DNA of 63,920 nt, filler included, from Atractiella rhizophila (lineage: Eukaryota), in assembly GCA_021432655.1 (NCBI GenBank). It is 3 parts of 3 records of this genome, joined end to end, with 100 filler letters (N's around TTAATTAATTAA, not from the genome) between each part and the next. Parts side by side here need not be neighbours in the genome. Positions count along the whole stretch, not along the records: positions 1 to 29,948 come from MU271469.1; 2 more parts are not named here. One strand, given 5' to 3'. Below, one piece after another: positions 1 through 11,436 of this stretch. A program made the translations under genes and the position numbers. The notes beneath the pieces are model-generated. The model had not been told where the DNA came from and did not search any database. It worked only from the letters and a program-made list of their open reading frames with translations. Within the stretch, counting starts at the first letter, position 1, and every line of letters starts with the position of its first letter.

Positions 1-345
1 AAGAATTTGCGCACGCAAGGTAGGCAACAGGTTATAAGCTCGCCTCCAACGCTAAGCCTCAACCGACATCAAAACGGTGGTCTACAAAAGGGGCGAGGCC
101 CTCCTTACTGAAAGAACGCTACTGTAGATTTAATATACTCTTCGGAGGAGTTTCATTTTTATATTTGACCCCGTCGACCGGAGAGCGGAAGAGACACAGA
201 GAAGTTCAAAGAAACGTGTTGAGGTGGTGTTACCCTGTCTACGTAGGGAGTTAGAGCTGACGGTCACATCCGTTGAAACAACAGCGCCGCTATAATAACA
301 CAAAGAAGAGAAAAACGCAAAATCATTTTAAGTTCTCACTTAAAG

Positions 346-670
346 TTAGGCTTCATGGAGGGCGGACCAGGTTTCGGTGTGACCGAAACCCCTTTGTTTT
401 AGGTTGGCGGTATAGGGACCTCTTGCTACCTCCCTACCTGCTTCGTCATACCAGACGGTTAGATAACGAGGCTCCGTAGGTGTTTCGACTTGTACAGGTT
501 GTTTCCCGGTGATAAGTGCGAAACCGTTCCAAGATGCGGATACTAACACTATCCTTGTCAAGTCCGTCGCTCCTAACCCTCCCTCGTCTTCTCCGGGAGT
601 GCTTCTCACCAACTATGGACCAAACTTGAGCCGTGAGCGCTTGAACCCTCTCAAGACTCACAGGCGCCAT
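346..670 (-). CDS. Short hypothetical protein (~90 aa, probably 2 exons)
   Basis: ATG GCG CCT, then a GTGAGT...CATAG intron, spliced in frame to ORF 346-612. No family recognised, and the start may lie further upstream. Confidence 0.3.
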
Positions 671-1135
671 GTTGGCTCTTCGCTGGCCGCTCAACAGTCT
701 CCATACTACTTTCTGTCACTCCATGCGCCTCATGACACCAAAGGTCTTTCACTTTTCCACAACTGAGCGCACCACCTGCGCAACAGATACTTTCGAGAGA
801 CACACATTGACTCCACGACTCCAACAAAGCCGGAAATAAAAAGACAAATAGACGTTCACTCAACCTCTGTCATGTTCTTTCCATCCATATTTTTCTTCAG
901 TGAGCGATTCTTAATCCAGCCTACAAGAAGAGGTACAGATAAGTCCAGACGTCCAGATTGATCCTGTTGGTAAAATGTCAGCTGAAGAGTGCATGCACTC
1001 CTTTGCTAGTGGCTGCTGCCTTTCTGAATCTCCGATTGCTACAGTCTTATTGTTGAGCAAAGAAATAGCGGTATACATTAATTATATCACACAAAACAAA
1101 TACGACAAGGGTTACTTAAAGAGCTGACTGCAGAA

Positions 1136-1844
1136 CTAAGCTTTCACTTCAGCAGACTTCTCCTTCTCCTCTCCAGTCGGTGCGTCCGTGGCTTTCTGCT
1201 GCTCCTTATCATCATCATCTCCCGCTAGAAACATATGCTAAGTTTGGGAAACGTAAAGGAAACTGGGCCAATGACGTACCGTTCCCGAACGGGTTCTCGT
1301 TCTGTTCATGCTCACGCTCCTTTTGCGCAAGCTCGCCACTGTACCTCTCCTTTCCTTGCTGCTCAAAGGGATGCATGAGGAATTCTCCCCTTGAAGGAAG
1401 TAGAAGAGAAACGTACATTGACGAGGTCATGATTCCTCGTGATGTGTCCTTTCATCTGCTCCTTCACACCTTGAGTCCACCTTTAGCGTTTTGCGATCAA
1501 GCGCAAATGAAGTACGAACCAGTCATCTTACTCGAAAATTTGTGCTCATTATGGTATTCAGGGCCAACGCCTTCTAATTTTCTAATCGCTCTTAGTCAGT
1601 TGCTGGCACTTGACGCCAAATGAAATATGTACCCAGCATGCAATTGAGGAGGATAGTCTTCTCCTGGTGGAGGAGCATCGCTCGCACCCTCGTCTCCCGT
1701 TGCTCTAGGACCTTGATTCTGGTCCTCGAACGCTCCTTTTCTGCTCTCTGAAGGGTTCAAATTGGTTGAACCAGTGTTTTGCGATTCGAAGTGGACGTTC
1801 GAGCTGGACTTGGTCATGGCAGGAGAAGAGACTGATTCTGACAT
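1136..1844 (-). CDS. Hydrophilic hypothetical protein, multi-exon (DYPPQLHAG...GPEY...QQGKERYSGEL...NENPF)
   Basis: ORF pieces 1596-1844 and 1215-1430 joined by short GT-AG introns. TATA-like TTTATAAA near 1938-1945. Resembles small hydrophilic basidiomycete proteins (recalled, not searched). Confidence 0.6.
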
Positions 1845-1975
1845 GGTGAAATAAGCTTGTAGATAATTTGCTGAGATTTATTCCTTGTCTAAGGTGATGC
1901 TAAGAAATGTGAGGATTCTGAGAGCCTTGGTCTCCCCTTTATAAACTCCTCTAGAACGAGAGGAGAGTGACTGAC

Positions 1976-1987
1976 TGTGACGTCACA
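1976..1987. promoter_or_regulatory. CRE/ATF-like palindrome TGTGACGTCACA
   Basis: Perfect 12-bp palindrome with a TGACGTCA core, about 30 bp upstream of the TATA of the minus-strand gene and between divergent genes. Confidence 0.4.
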
Positions 1988-2311
1988 CTTTCATTACAAG
2001 TAAGTGACATCGTGTCGCCAAAAAAAATACTCGGCCACATCTGCCGCTGCCAAGGCTGTTTCCAGGCTGTTGCAGAAATATTGCTGCCATTTTCCTCTAG
2101 GGGGGAAGGGGACTGGAAAGATTGCAGAAGGCAGGGAAAGTGAGTGATGTTCGGGGGAATGTTTATCCCGACAACTCCCGCTTCGGTGTAGGAGGTGGTG
2201 CCCGATGGAGTTGATGAGTAGTGAACGACGAGGCAGACAGCTTCAAAAGGTGTCAGCGATCGAATTGGGAGGTGATCAAAGTGAAATAGTTGAAGGCACA
2301 ACTTAGGTATC

Positions 2312-3254
2312 ATGGCTGAAACATTGGAAGGAGCATTACTTTGGGTATTCTCTGACCCTGGAGAGAAAGTGACTCTGGAAGAGTTTCATGGTTCGTATAT
2401 TCAACATTAGCCCGAAAAAAGAAGAGGATTCACGTCGCTCACAGACTGGTATGACAACGAGCATATACCTTTAAGAATGGACAAGTAAGCCATTCTTTTT
2501 CCCATCATCTGGAAAGATCTCGCAAGACTCAATCGAAATCAGCAACCTCCCTGAATTCCTCACTGGAGCACGTTACGAATCTCTCATCCCCCAGCCACCC
2601 AAATGGATGGCAATATACGAAGTTTCCTCTTCGTGCTTCTTTAATGATCCCAAATACACCACGCTGCGAGCGAACCGCTCCTCCCGTGAAGCCGCTTTGG
2701 TCAAGAACTTAGGCATTCTCGATCGCAGGATCTGTGGTGTCAAGCTCGCCGACACCGGGAGTGTGAGGGACACGAAAGGACCTGCGCCGTTCCTCGTGAT
2801 AGCAGCTTTGACGCCTGCCCAAGGTACGGATGCCGACTTTGAAAAGTGGTACAAGGAAGAACATATCGGTATGATGGCTAAGATTCCTGGCTGGAGGTCT
2901 GTCTCACCTTCGCTCTTGCGTGGCGCGATGAGGAACTCATGTGATGCATAGGAGAACATTCAGATATAAAATTACAGACAGCCTCCTGAGTCAAACCGGG
3001 AAAGAAGATGAGTCTGGGAAAGCTCCGCAGTATGTTGCTATCTACGGTACGTCTCATCCTCTTTACTCTGCCTTCGATGCACTAAAACAAGTCTAGAATT
3101 CGAGCATCTTGATCCGGAGACGTTTCCGAAGGGTGAGGCGTTCCAGCAAGCCATTTCCACGGACTGGGCCAAGAGGACCATGGATAACCTGCAAGCTCGG
3201 GAGATGGGTTTTTGGAAATTGTATAAGGACTGGCCTAATACGTCTAAAAAGTGA
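2312..3254 (+). CDS. EthD-like dimeric alpha-beta barrel protein, paralogue 1 (5 exons)
   Basis: Spliced: MAETLEGALLWVFSDPG...EEFH|DWYDNEHIPLRMD...FEKWYKEEHIGMMAKIPGW...WPNTSKK*. Two WYxxEH repeats are typical of this fold. Confidence 0.8.
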
Positions 3255-5988
3255 AGCAGTTGATCGGACATTTTGTAACAACTCTTGCCAACACTAACGG
3301 AATCAAGCAAATATGTAAATTGGGACAATCGCAACTTTCCAAGGTTCTTGAAATCAAATGAACAACAAATATTGTACATTCTGGAGTAGCCATTGCCACT
3401 GCACTTAAGCGATACGTGTTCTGCTGCAACGCAAATCTAGAAATAAAACTTGTTTGTGTAGATCATCACTGGCATTAGAGAACGCAGAATGTCAGTACCA
3501 CCGCTCACTTGCCGTTGACTGCCAGTAAAGAAATTGAAAGGAAAAATCTTCCTTTTCCTTCGAATGTCTCCGGATTAAGCAATAGCAGGACAAACGACGA
3601 ACAGGCAGACTTTGGCCAATAATCCAAAAAACCAAAGAGCAGCATGATACCGGTAATCGGCGTTTTTTTGATGGCCTAGTAAATTGATGTAAATTATCGA
3701 GGCGATAAAATGATTGAAACGCCACTGTGCTGCGCAGTAGGATGGATGCATCGGTTCGGACAGAGCGGGTGCAGGTATATGAACGACACAAAGTCAGGAC
3801 GGGAAGAGATGGTTCGGAAACAGCGGGTACTGGATGCCACCCAAAGGAATAAGTGGGCAGACGGCAGCTGCTAGGCAGATTCAAGGCAGATTTCGCACTT
3901 TGAGAGGAGTGAGCGGAGCATCAGTTCTGTACACCATGTCCTCTCGCCGTTCACTCCAACTTGTAACCGAAACAGCAGCTGCTTAGGAAGTACGGACGGG
4001 GGATTGTGTGCATCTAAAACCATAAAAGGGGAGAGAGGTGGTGAAGAAAGTAGATCGCAAGCATCTGCGAGGAACCCAGCCATCATACTTAAGAAGACAC
4101 GAAAAATCTGTTATGGATAGCATGGAAGGAGGTTTACTTTGGATCATGACCGACCCAGGGGAGGGAGTGGCTTTAGAAGAATCTCACGGTACGATTTGCT
4201 CCTCAGGTACCTGACGCCGTGAGACTGGTGACGAACTGCTGGCAGATTGGTACAATAACGAGCACATCCCCTTACGAATGGATAAGTATGTTTATCGACC
4301 TTCCAAGTAAAATGGTTGATATTTGGTCTAGCAATTTGCCCGAATTTCTAACTCTCACGCGCTACGAATCGATGCTCCCCAACCCTCCAAAATGGATGAC
4401 AATAGCGGAGCTCTCCGTTTCTTCATTCATCGACGATCCCCGATACGTCTCTCTACTGACTCAGACCTCAGCAGGAGAGGCTGCACTCCTCAAAAACCTG
4501 GCGGTCGTGGATCGTAGGTTTTGTAAAGTGAAGCTAACGGATACCGGGAGCGTGAGAGAAAGCAAAGGGCCTGCGCCTTTCGTTGTTGAGCTCGGGAGAT
4601 GGGATTTTGGAAATTGTATAAGGACTGGCCTAATACGTCTAAAAAGTGAGAAACAGTTGATCGGACATTTTGTAACAACTCTTGCCAACACCAACGGAAT
4701 CAAGCAAATATGTAAATTGGGACAATCGCAATCTTCCAAGCTTCCTGAAATCAAATGAACAACAAATACCGTACAGTCTGGATTAGCCATTGCTACTGCA
4801 CTTAGGCAATACGTGTTGCGACGCAAAATCGAGAAAATAGAACTCGTTCGTGCAGATCACTGGAATTAGAGAACGCAGAATGTCAGTACCACCACTCACT
4901 TGCCGTTGAGTGCCAGAAAAGAAATTGAAAGGAAAAATCTTCCATTTCCTTCGAATGTCTCCGGATTAATCAATAGCAGGACAAACGACGAACAGGCAGA
5001 TTTTGGCCAATAATCCAAAGAACCAAAGAGCAGCATGATACCGGTAATCGGCGTTTTTTTTGATGGCCTAGTAAATTGATGTAAATTATCGAGGCGACAA
5101 AATGATTGAAACGCCACTGTGCTGCGCAGTAGGATGGATGCATCGGTTCGGACAGAGCAGGTGCAGGTTTCTGAACGACACAAAGTCAGGATGGGAAGAG
5201 ATGTTTCGGAAACAGCGGGTACTGGATGCCACCAAGGGAAGAAGTGGCAGACGGCAGCTGCTAGGCAGATTCAAGGCACGTCTCGCACTTTGAGCGGAGT
5301 GAACGGAGCATCCCTTCTGTGCACCATGTCCTCTCGCCGTTCCCTCCAACTTGTAACCGAAACAGCAGCTACTTAGGAAGTACGAACGGGGAATGTGTGC
5401 ATCCAATACCATAAATACCATAAAAGGGGAGAGAGGTGGTGAAGAAAGTAGATCGCAGGCATCTGCGAGGAACCCAGCCATTATAATTTAAGAGGACGCG
5501 AACGATCTGTTATGGATAGCATGGAAGGAGGTTTACTTTGGATCATAACCGACCCAGGGGAGGGAGTGGCTTTAGAAGAATTTCACGGTACGATTTGCTC
5601 CTCAGGTACTTGACGCCGTGAGACTGGTGACGAATTGCTGGCAGATTGGTACAATAATGAGCACATCCACTTACAAACGGACAAGTATGTTTTATCGACC
5701 TTCCAAGTAAGATGGTTCATATTTGGCCCAGCAATTTGCCCGAATTTCTAACTCTCACGCGCTACGAATCGATGCTCCCCAACCCTCCAAGGTGGATGAC
5801 AATAGCAGAGCTCTCCGTTTCTTCATTCATCGACGATCCCCGATACGTCTCTCTACTTACTCAGACCTCAGCAGGAGAGGCTGCACTCCTCAAAAACCTG
5901 GCGGTCGTGGATCGTAGGTTTTGTAAAGTGAAGCTAACGGATACCGGGAGCGTGAGAGAAAGCAAAGGGCCTGCGCCTTTCGTTGTTG
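3194..5988. repeat. Direct duplication, 3194-4588 vs 4589-5988 (diverged, scattered SNPs and indels)
   Basis: Both copies start AGCTCGGGAGATGG and end CCTTTCGTTGTTG. Confidence 0.95.
4113..4757 (+). pseudogene. Truncated EthD-like paralogue 2: 5' half fused out of frame to the 3' end of paralogue 1
   Basis: MDSMEGGLLWIMTDPG...EHIPLRMD...GPAPFVV, then a junction at 4588/4589 into a copy of 3194 onward in the wrong frame. Confidence 0.7.
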
Positions 5989-6455
5989 CGGTTGGATTGA
6001 CTCCGAAGGAGGGAACGGACGAGGATTTTGAAAAGTGGTATAGGGAGGAACATATTCCGCTTTTTGCGAAAGTTCCCCATTGGAGGTATGTCATTGGGTG
6101 TCTACGAAACTTGAGTGATAAGGCTCATGCGTATTCCAGGAGGAGCTTCCGTTATAAGGTCACCGGCAGTTTGCTCAGTCAGACCGGGAAAGAAGATGAA
6201 AGGGATAAAGCGCCAAAATACGCCGCCATTCATGGTGTGTTCTGCCTTTCTTTTTTTTTTTTTGAAATTTAAGCATGTGGCTGCTGCACAGAATTCGAGC
6301 AACTGGATCCAGCTACGTTCACTCAGACGGAAGAATGGAACAGTGCTGTCGGCACAGAATGGTCTCAGAGAATTATGAGTGAGTTACAGCTTTCCGAAAT
6401 GACTTTTTGGAAACTGTACAGGGATTTCCCTAATACAGCCCACAAGACTACTTGA
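5512..6455 (+). CDS. EthD-like dimeric alpha-beta barrel protein, paralogue 2 (complete copy)
   Basis: Same intron positions as paralogue 1. DWYNNEHIHLQTD...FEKWYREEHIPLFAKVPHW...AHKTT*. Confidence 0.75.
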
Positions 6456-6690
6456 AGACAATCTGCTTGTTTATTGGTTTCGCATAATTGACTGAATTTT
6501 GTTAGTCGACAATGAGAAAGCAAGCAGAAGGTACTAAATTGAATGGAAGAGTGGACGGAGCTGTGGGATGCATACAGCGAGCACATTCGTAAGAAGTGTG
6601 AATACTATAAAGGATTTTTGAGTTGTGAAGAAGCTATTTAGACCTTGAGCACGGCTCTTATGCGTAGGGCGAGACACTCAAACGCACGGT

Positions 6691-7013
6691 CTACCGTGAC
6701 TTCTGAGGAACTGCAGCCCTTTCATTGGCAAGGTTCTGCTGAAACACCAGCACTCGTCGTTTATCGAAATATTCCACCTACACCCCCCTTCCATTCACAA
6801 CCGGAACTTTCTAAGAAGGAAAGGACGCACCCAGCTCTTCGCACAATTTTTTTCATAGACAGCCCTCTCAGCATTGCAAGCTCCCTTCTCGTCTCCAGGC
6901 TTCAAAACATTGTTCTTGTCCAGACACCCAAAGTATGCATCCCGACCTTCCCAACACGCCTCTCGCGTCGTGCGCGTGTTCTCTGCTGGCGCTGGTGATG
7001 AAAAGGGCCACAT
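6691..7013 (-). CDS. COA6: Cytochrome c oxidase assembly factor Coa6 / COX6B-like, copy 1 (2 exons)
   Basis: REACWEGRDAYFGCLD (CX9C), CNAERAVYEKNC (CX10C), SW|VEYFDKRR. Confidence 0.8.
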
Positions 7014-7206
7014 CGTCGCAGTTCAGCTTGGTGCTGCAGTTCTGTTCGAAAAAGCGTTCGGCGTTTCAGCAGGAGGGGAGAACAAGGTATAGCCGCATTG
7101 TACACGCTTCTACGGCCACCTGATTCACTTTCTCCAGCTCGACATCGACTTCTATTCCTCTAGCTTACGCTCAGAAAAGGCAGCCGTGTATGCGCTAGAC
7201 GACATC

Positions 7207-7895
7207 ATGACAACAACGAACTCGCAACTGTCACGCCGTCGCGGACCGAAGAAGGAAGAGGGAGCAGGACCGTCCACCTCTGGACCTCCCTCGCCAACTC
7301 AGACCTCAGCAGGAGAGGCTGCACTCCTCAAAAACCTGGCGGTCGTGGATCGTAGGTTTTGTAAAGTGAAGCTAACGGATACCGGGAGCGTGAGAGAAAG
7401 CAAAGGGCCTGCGCCTTTCGTTGTTGCGATTGGATTGACTCCGAAGGAGGGAACGGACGAGGATTTTGAAAAGTGGTATAGGGAGGAACATATTCCGCTT
7501 TTTGCGAAAGTTCCCCATTGGAGGTATGTCATTGGGTGTCTACGAAACTTGAGTGATAAGGCTCATACGTGTTCCAGGAGGAGCTTCCGTTATAAGGTCA
7601 CCGGCAGTTTGCTCAGCCAGACCGGGAAAGAAGATGAAAGGGATAAAGCGCCAAAATACGCCGCCATTCATGGTGTGTCCTGCCCTAACGTCTCATTTTT
7701 GTGGAGATCTAAGCATGTCGCTTCTGCACAGAATTCGAGCAACTTGATCCAGCCACGTTCACTCAAACGGAAGAATGGAACAATGCTATCGGCACTGAAT
7801 GGTCTCAGAGAATTATGACTGGGTTGCAGGTTTCCGAAATGACTTTTTGGAAACTGTACAGGGATTTCCCTAATACAGCCCACAAGACTACTTGA
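7207..7895 (+). other. In-frame chimeric ORF: VPS74 N-terminus (about 30 aa) + EthD-like C-terminal half
   Basis: [41 protein letters not shown]..., junction at 7296/7297. Confidence 0.6.
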
Positions 7896-8134
7896 AGATA
7901 GTCTGCTTGCTCATTGGTCGCGCATAATTGACTGAATTTTTGTACGTCAACGACAAGAAAGCCAGCAGAAGGTACGAAATTGAATGGAAGAGTGGACAGA
8001 GCTGTGGGATGCATACAGCGAGTACATTCGTAAGAAGTGTGAATACTATTAAGGATTATTGAGTTGTAAAGAAGAGCTATTTAGACCTTGAGCATGGCTC
8101 TTATGCAGAGGGCGAGACACACGCATGCTACGGT

Positions 8135-8457
8135 CTACCGCGGCTTCTGAGGAACTGCAGCCCTCTCATTGGCAAGATTCTGCTGAAACACCAGCACTCG
8201 TCGTTTATCGAAATATTCCACCTACATCTCCCTTCTATTCACATCCGGAACTTGCTAACAAGGAAAGGACGCACCCAGCTCTTCGCACAATTTTTTTCAT
8301 AGACAGCCCTGTCAGCTTTGCAAGCTCCCTTCTCGTCTCCAGGCTTCAAAACGTTGTTCTTGTCCAGACACCCAAAATATGCATCCCGTCCTTCCCAACA
8401 TGCCTCTCGCGTCGTGCGCGTGTTCTCTGCTGGCGCTGGTGAAGAAAAGGGCCACAT
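8135..8457 (-). CDS. COA6: Coa6 / COX6B-like, copy 2
   Basis: Intact near-identical copy of 6691-7013 with all four Cys retained. Divergent from VPS74, about 195 bp between ATGs. Confidence 0.8.
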
Positions 8458-8652
8458 CGTCGCAGTTCAGCTTGGTGCTGTAGTTCTATTCGAAAAATCG
8501 TTCGGCGTTTCCGCAGGAGGAGGGAGAACAAGGTATAACCGCATTGTACACGCTTCTACGGCCACCTGATTCGCTTTCTCCAGCTCGACATCGACTTCTA
8601 TTCCTCTAGCTTACGCTCAGAAAAGGCAGCTGTGTATGCGCTAGACGACATC

Positions 8653-10627
8653 ATGACAACAACGAATTCGCAACTGTCACGCCGTCGCGGACCGAAGAAG
8701 GAAGAGGGAGCAGGACCATCGACCTCTGGACCTCCCTCGCCCGCACTCAACGGAGACACTCTGTCGGAAGAGGCCGGCCATAAAGTCGCTTATGACCCTA
8801 AAGAATTCGCAGAGAGACAGGGAGAAGATAGGCTCAATCCGAAATTGACGATTATGGAGGAGGTGCTGCTGTTGGGCTTGAAAGACAGACAGGTTTGTGG
8901 TTTCCTTGAAGGATCGAAGAGAGAGCTGCGCTTCTTTGGATGTCATTGCATGCTGTTATCGACGAAGACATGCCACTAAGACATCTTAGAGAAGTCCTGT
9001 GTTGTTCAATCCCGGACCTTTGACGGGTTGGCGACTATGCCACGAGCGAACGCATGAATATACTCATCAGCCTATATCTTCGTGTAGTACGATATACCTT
9101 TGACTACCAATATCGCTGTCACAAAAAAGGGTAGAAGTATCTTTGGAGTTTCCTTATTTGCATCTTCTGGGTTCAGTTTGAGAAGATCGCTTTGACTTAT
9201 TTCCCCTTTCACAAGCAAGAGAATGGCAGACCGCGTTCGCAGCGTCCTTGCACCGGCGCAGGTTTAAGCTAATTGAACCTGTTCCAAGATGAGGAACGAC
9301 GCTCATGGTGGCCCACCATCAAGCGGAGTGGTTTCTTGACCACAACACTGAAGGGACGGAGCTTGTTCCCGATTTTCTTGCATCGAGAAAGCTAACAGAC
9401 CCTTCTTTCCGCCGGCGTCGGTTTAATTGTACCTGTGACTCCTGGATGTGCGTTCCGTGTGTGCTCATGTACCATACGATATCCTACTTTTGGATGGCTG
9501 TTTTAGTTCTTGTCCAACATCTCCCGGAGAACCTTTTATCGTATCTGTATCTAGCTTATCTGATCATTTTTGCCTGCTGTGGTATACAGGGCTACCTCTC
9601 ATTCTGGAACGACAACATCTCCTATGCCCTTCGTGGCTGTATCCTCCTCGAACTCGCCCTCCGTCATCGAATAGCAATGGTCAGGGATCCGAATCGACGA
9701 AGGTGGAGTGTGAGCGAGAGGTTTATTGAAGTTGTGGATGAGAGGTTGGTAATTTATTTGATGTGACAATGATCATTGTTGCTGATTCAAAAGTGGACGG
9801 ATAGGAATACGGGAGAGGTACTTCTCGATGAAGCGCTGAAAATGATGAAGGTGAGCGAAAAGATGAGTGTGGGAACCTGGATCGACCTAATGAGCGGTTC
9901 GTTGTGTCCTATTCTTGAGGGAAAGCATAGCCAATGAAACATTGGTCCAGGCGAAACGTGGAACGTGATGAAGATTGGATATCAATTGAAGCAGGTGCGA
10001 GAGCGCCTAGCAAAAGGTCTGGTAGACAAAGGGGTCCTACGCACCGAAAAGAAAAACTTCCTCCTCTTCGACATGGCCACCCATCCGGTCTCCGATCCGA
10101 CATTCAAAGAAGAAGTCCTCCGTCGCTCCAACGCCATCCTCGCCTCTCGCACCACCGCCCTCCCCGTATCCTCACTCTACCCCGACGGCGTCCGCTACCG
10201 TACCATCAGAGCAGTCTCGATGGTGTGCGCCGCGTATGCTGCGAATGTGCTGGAGAATGGAATGGCGAGTTATTCGTATGAAGAGAGGGAGAGAGCGCTC
10301 GGAAAATGCGACGATCTTATGGTCGAACTCGGGAATTGGCCTTTTGGTAGATCGAGCGGAAGTGGAAGTAGTAATGGGAGTGCGGCGGGATTGGGAACGG
10401 GGAGTAGGGGAGATAACACGAATGCGTCGTTGAATGAAATCCTGAGGTTGTGTAAGGAGGAAGTGGCACAGGCGGAGGGAAAAGAATTGCATCTCGAAGT
10501 CGTGGCTGGGGTCTTACAGGTTCGCATCTTTTTTATGCCTTCACCCCCAATTCCCACACACTTGAGAGGTGAAAGGCTGACGTAACGAATGGGAAAGGTC
10601 TTTGGGAAAATGGATTCGTTGCTTTAA
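8653..10627 (+). CDS. VPS74: Golgi phosphoprotein 3 / Vps74
   Basis: N-terminal [84 protein letters not shown]. First intron 8893-9589. Confidence 0.95.
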
Positions 10628-11436
10628 TCAGTACATTACTTTTCTATCTGTTTCTGCTTCGTTCGGTGCAGTACTCAACTCCTTCCCTACTCCGCCATCA
10701 CTCCCATCTCTATCTGCTTGCCAAGGCAACGCACCTCCCGAAAATAATATGTGCGACTACTTTGTCGATTTCTACTAACCACATACATAGCTAACTATAC
10801 TCGGTTGCGTTCATCATCACTGAGAGACATTGCCCTTAGCCACAATTTTTACTGCTTCACATCACATGGATGCCTGCTGCTGAAAGTCAACATGTTGAGC
10901 ACATATTTCGAACTCTGTAAAAACCGGAGGTGGGAATCTGGAATGGATTTGCCGCTGGTGCAATATGGATATCATCATCGGCAAATTTGACCTGGCCATG
11001 CTCCTTCCTTCTTCAAGCTGCAACATCGGACTCTGTCGATCCTTGATATGGGAGGATTTTATGAAGGGTGTGAGTTAATAAAGCGGCCCTTACCTGACCA
11101 CCGATTTCCATCTCTTTCCGATGGCCTCTCTGGTGAAAGTGTTTTAGAGAAGTTTGCGAATTTAATAGGTCCTCAGTTCAATGTTAGGGAGGGCCACTAG
11201 GTACCGAAAGAGCAGCTGTAGGTGAAAGACTTTGGCCGCTTAGAATTGCTCGAGCATGACAGGTTAACAGGGGAGAGAGCGATACCTGTGTCACAAGTGA
11301 TCTTTTCCGTGTCGTTTTCCTACAGCAGACGGTTTTAAACAATGATATCCTGTTTCCAAACGGGACTCGTAAGTCCCTTCGCCTGTAATAAAGGAGGAAA
11401 AAGAAGAACTTACTACGTGAAAGAAGCACACAAGGT

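Larger units (their letters stand above)
5859..8741. repeat. Direct duplication, 5859-7295 vs 7297-8741 (EthD 3' half + COA6 + VPS74 5' end)
   Basis: Both copies start ACTCAGACCTCAGC and end CCTCCCTCGCC, with scattered SNPs. Confidence 0.95.

Noticed and set aside
1..345. Possible 3' exons of a plus-strand gene
   Set aside because: Splice-like signals are present but no frame could be established.
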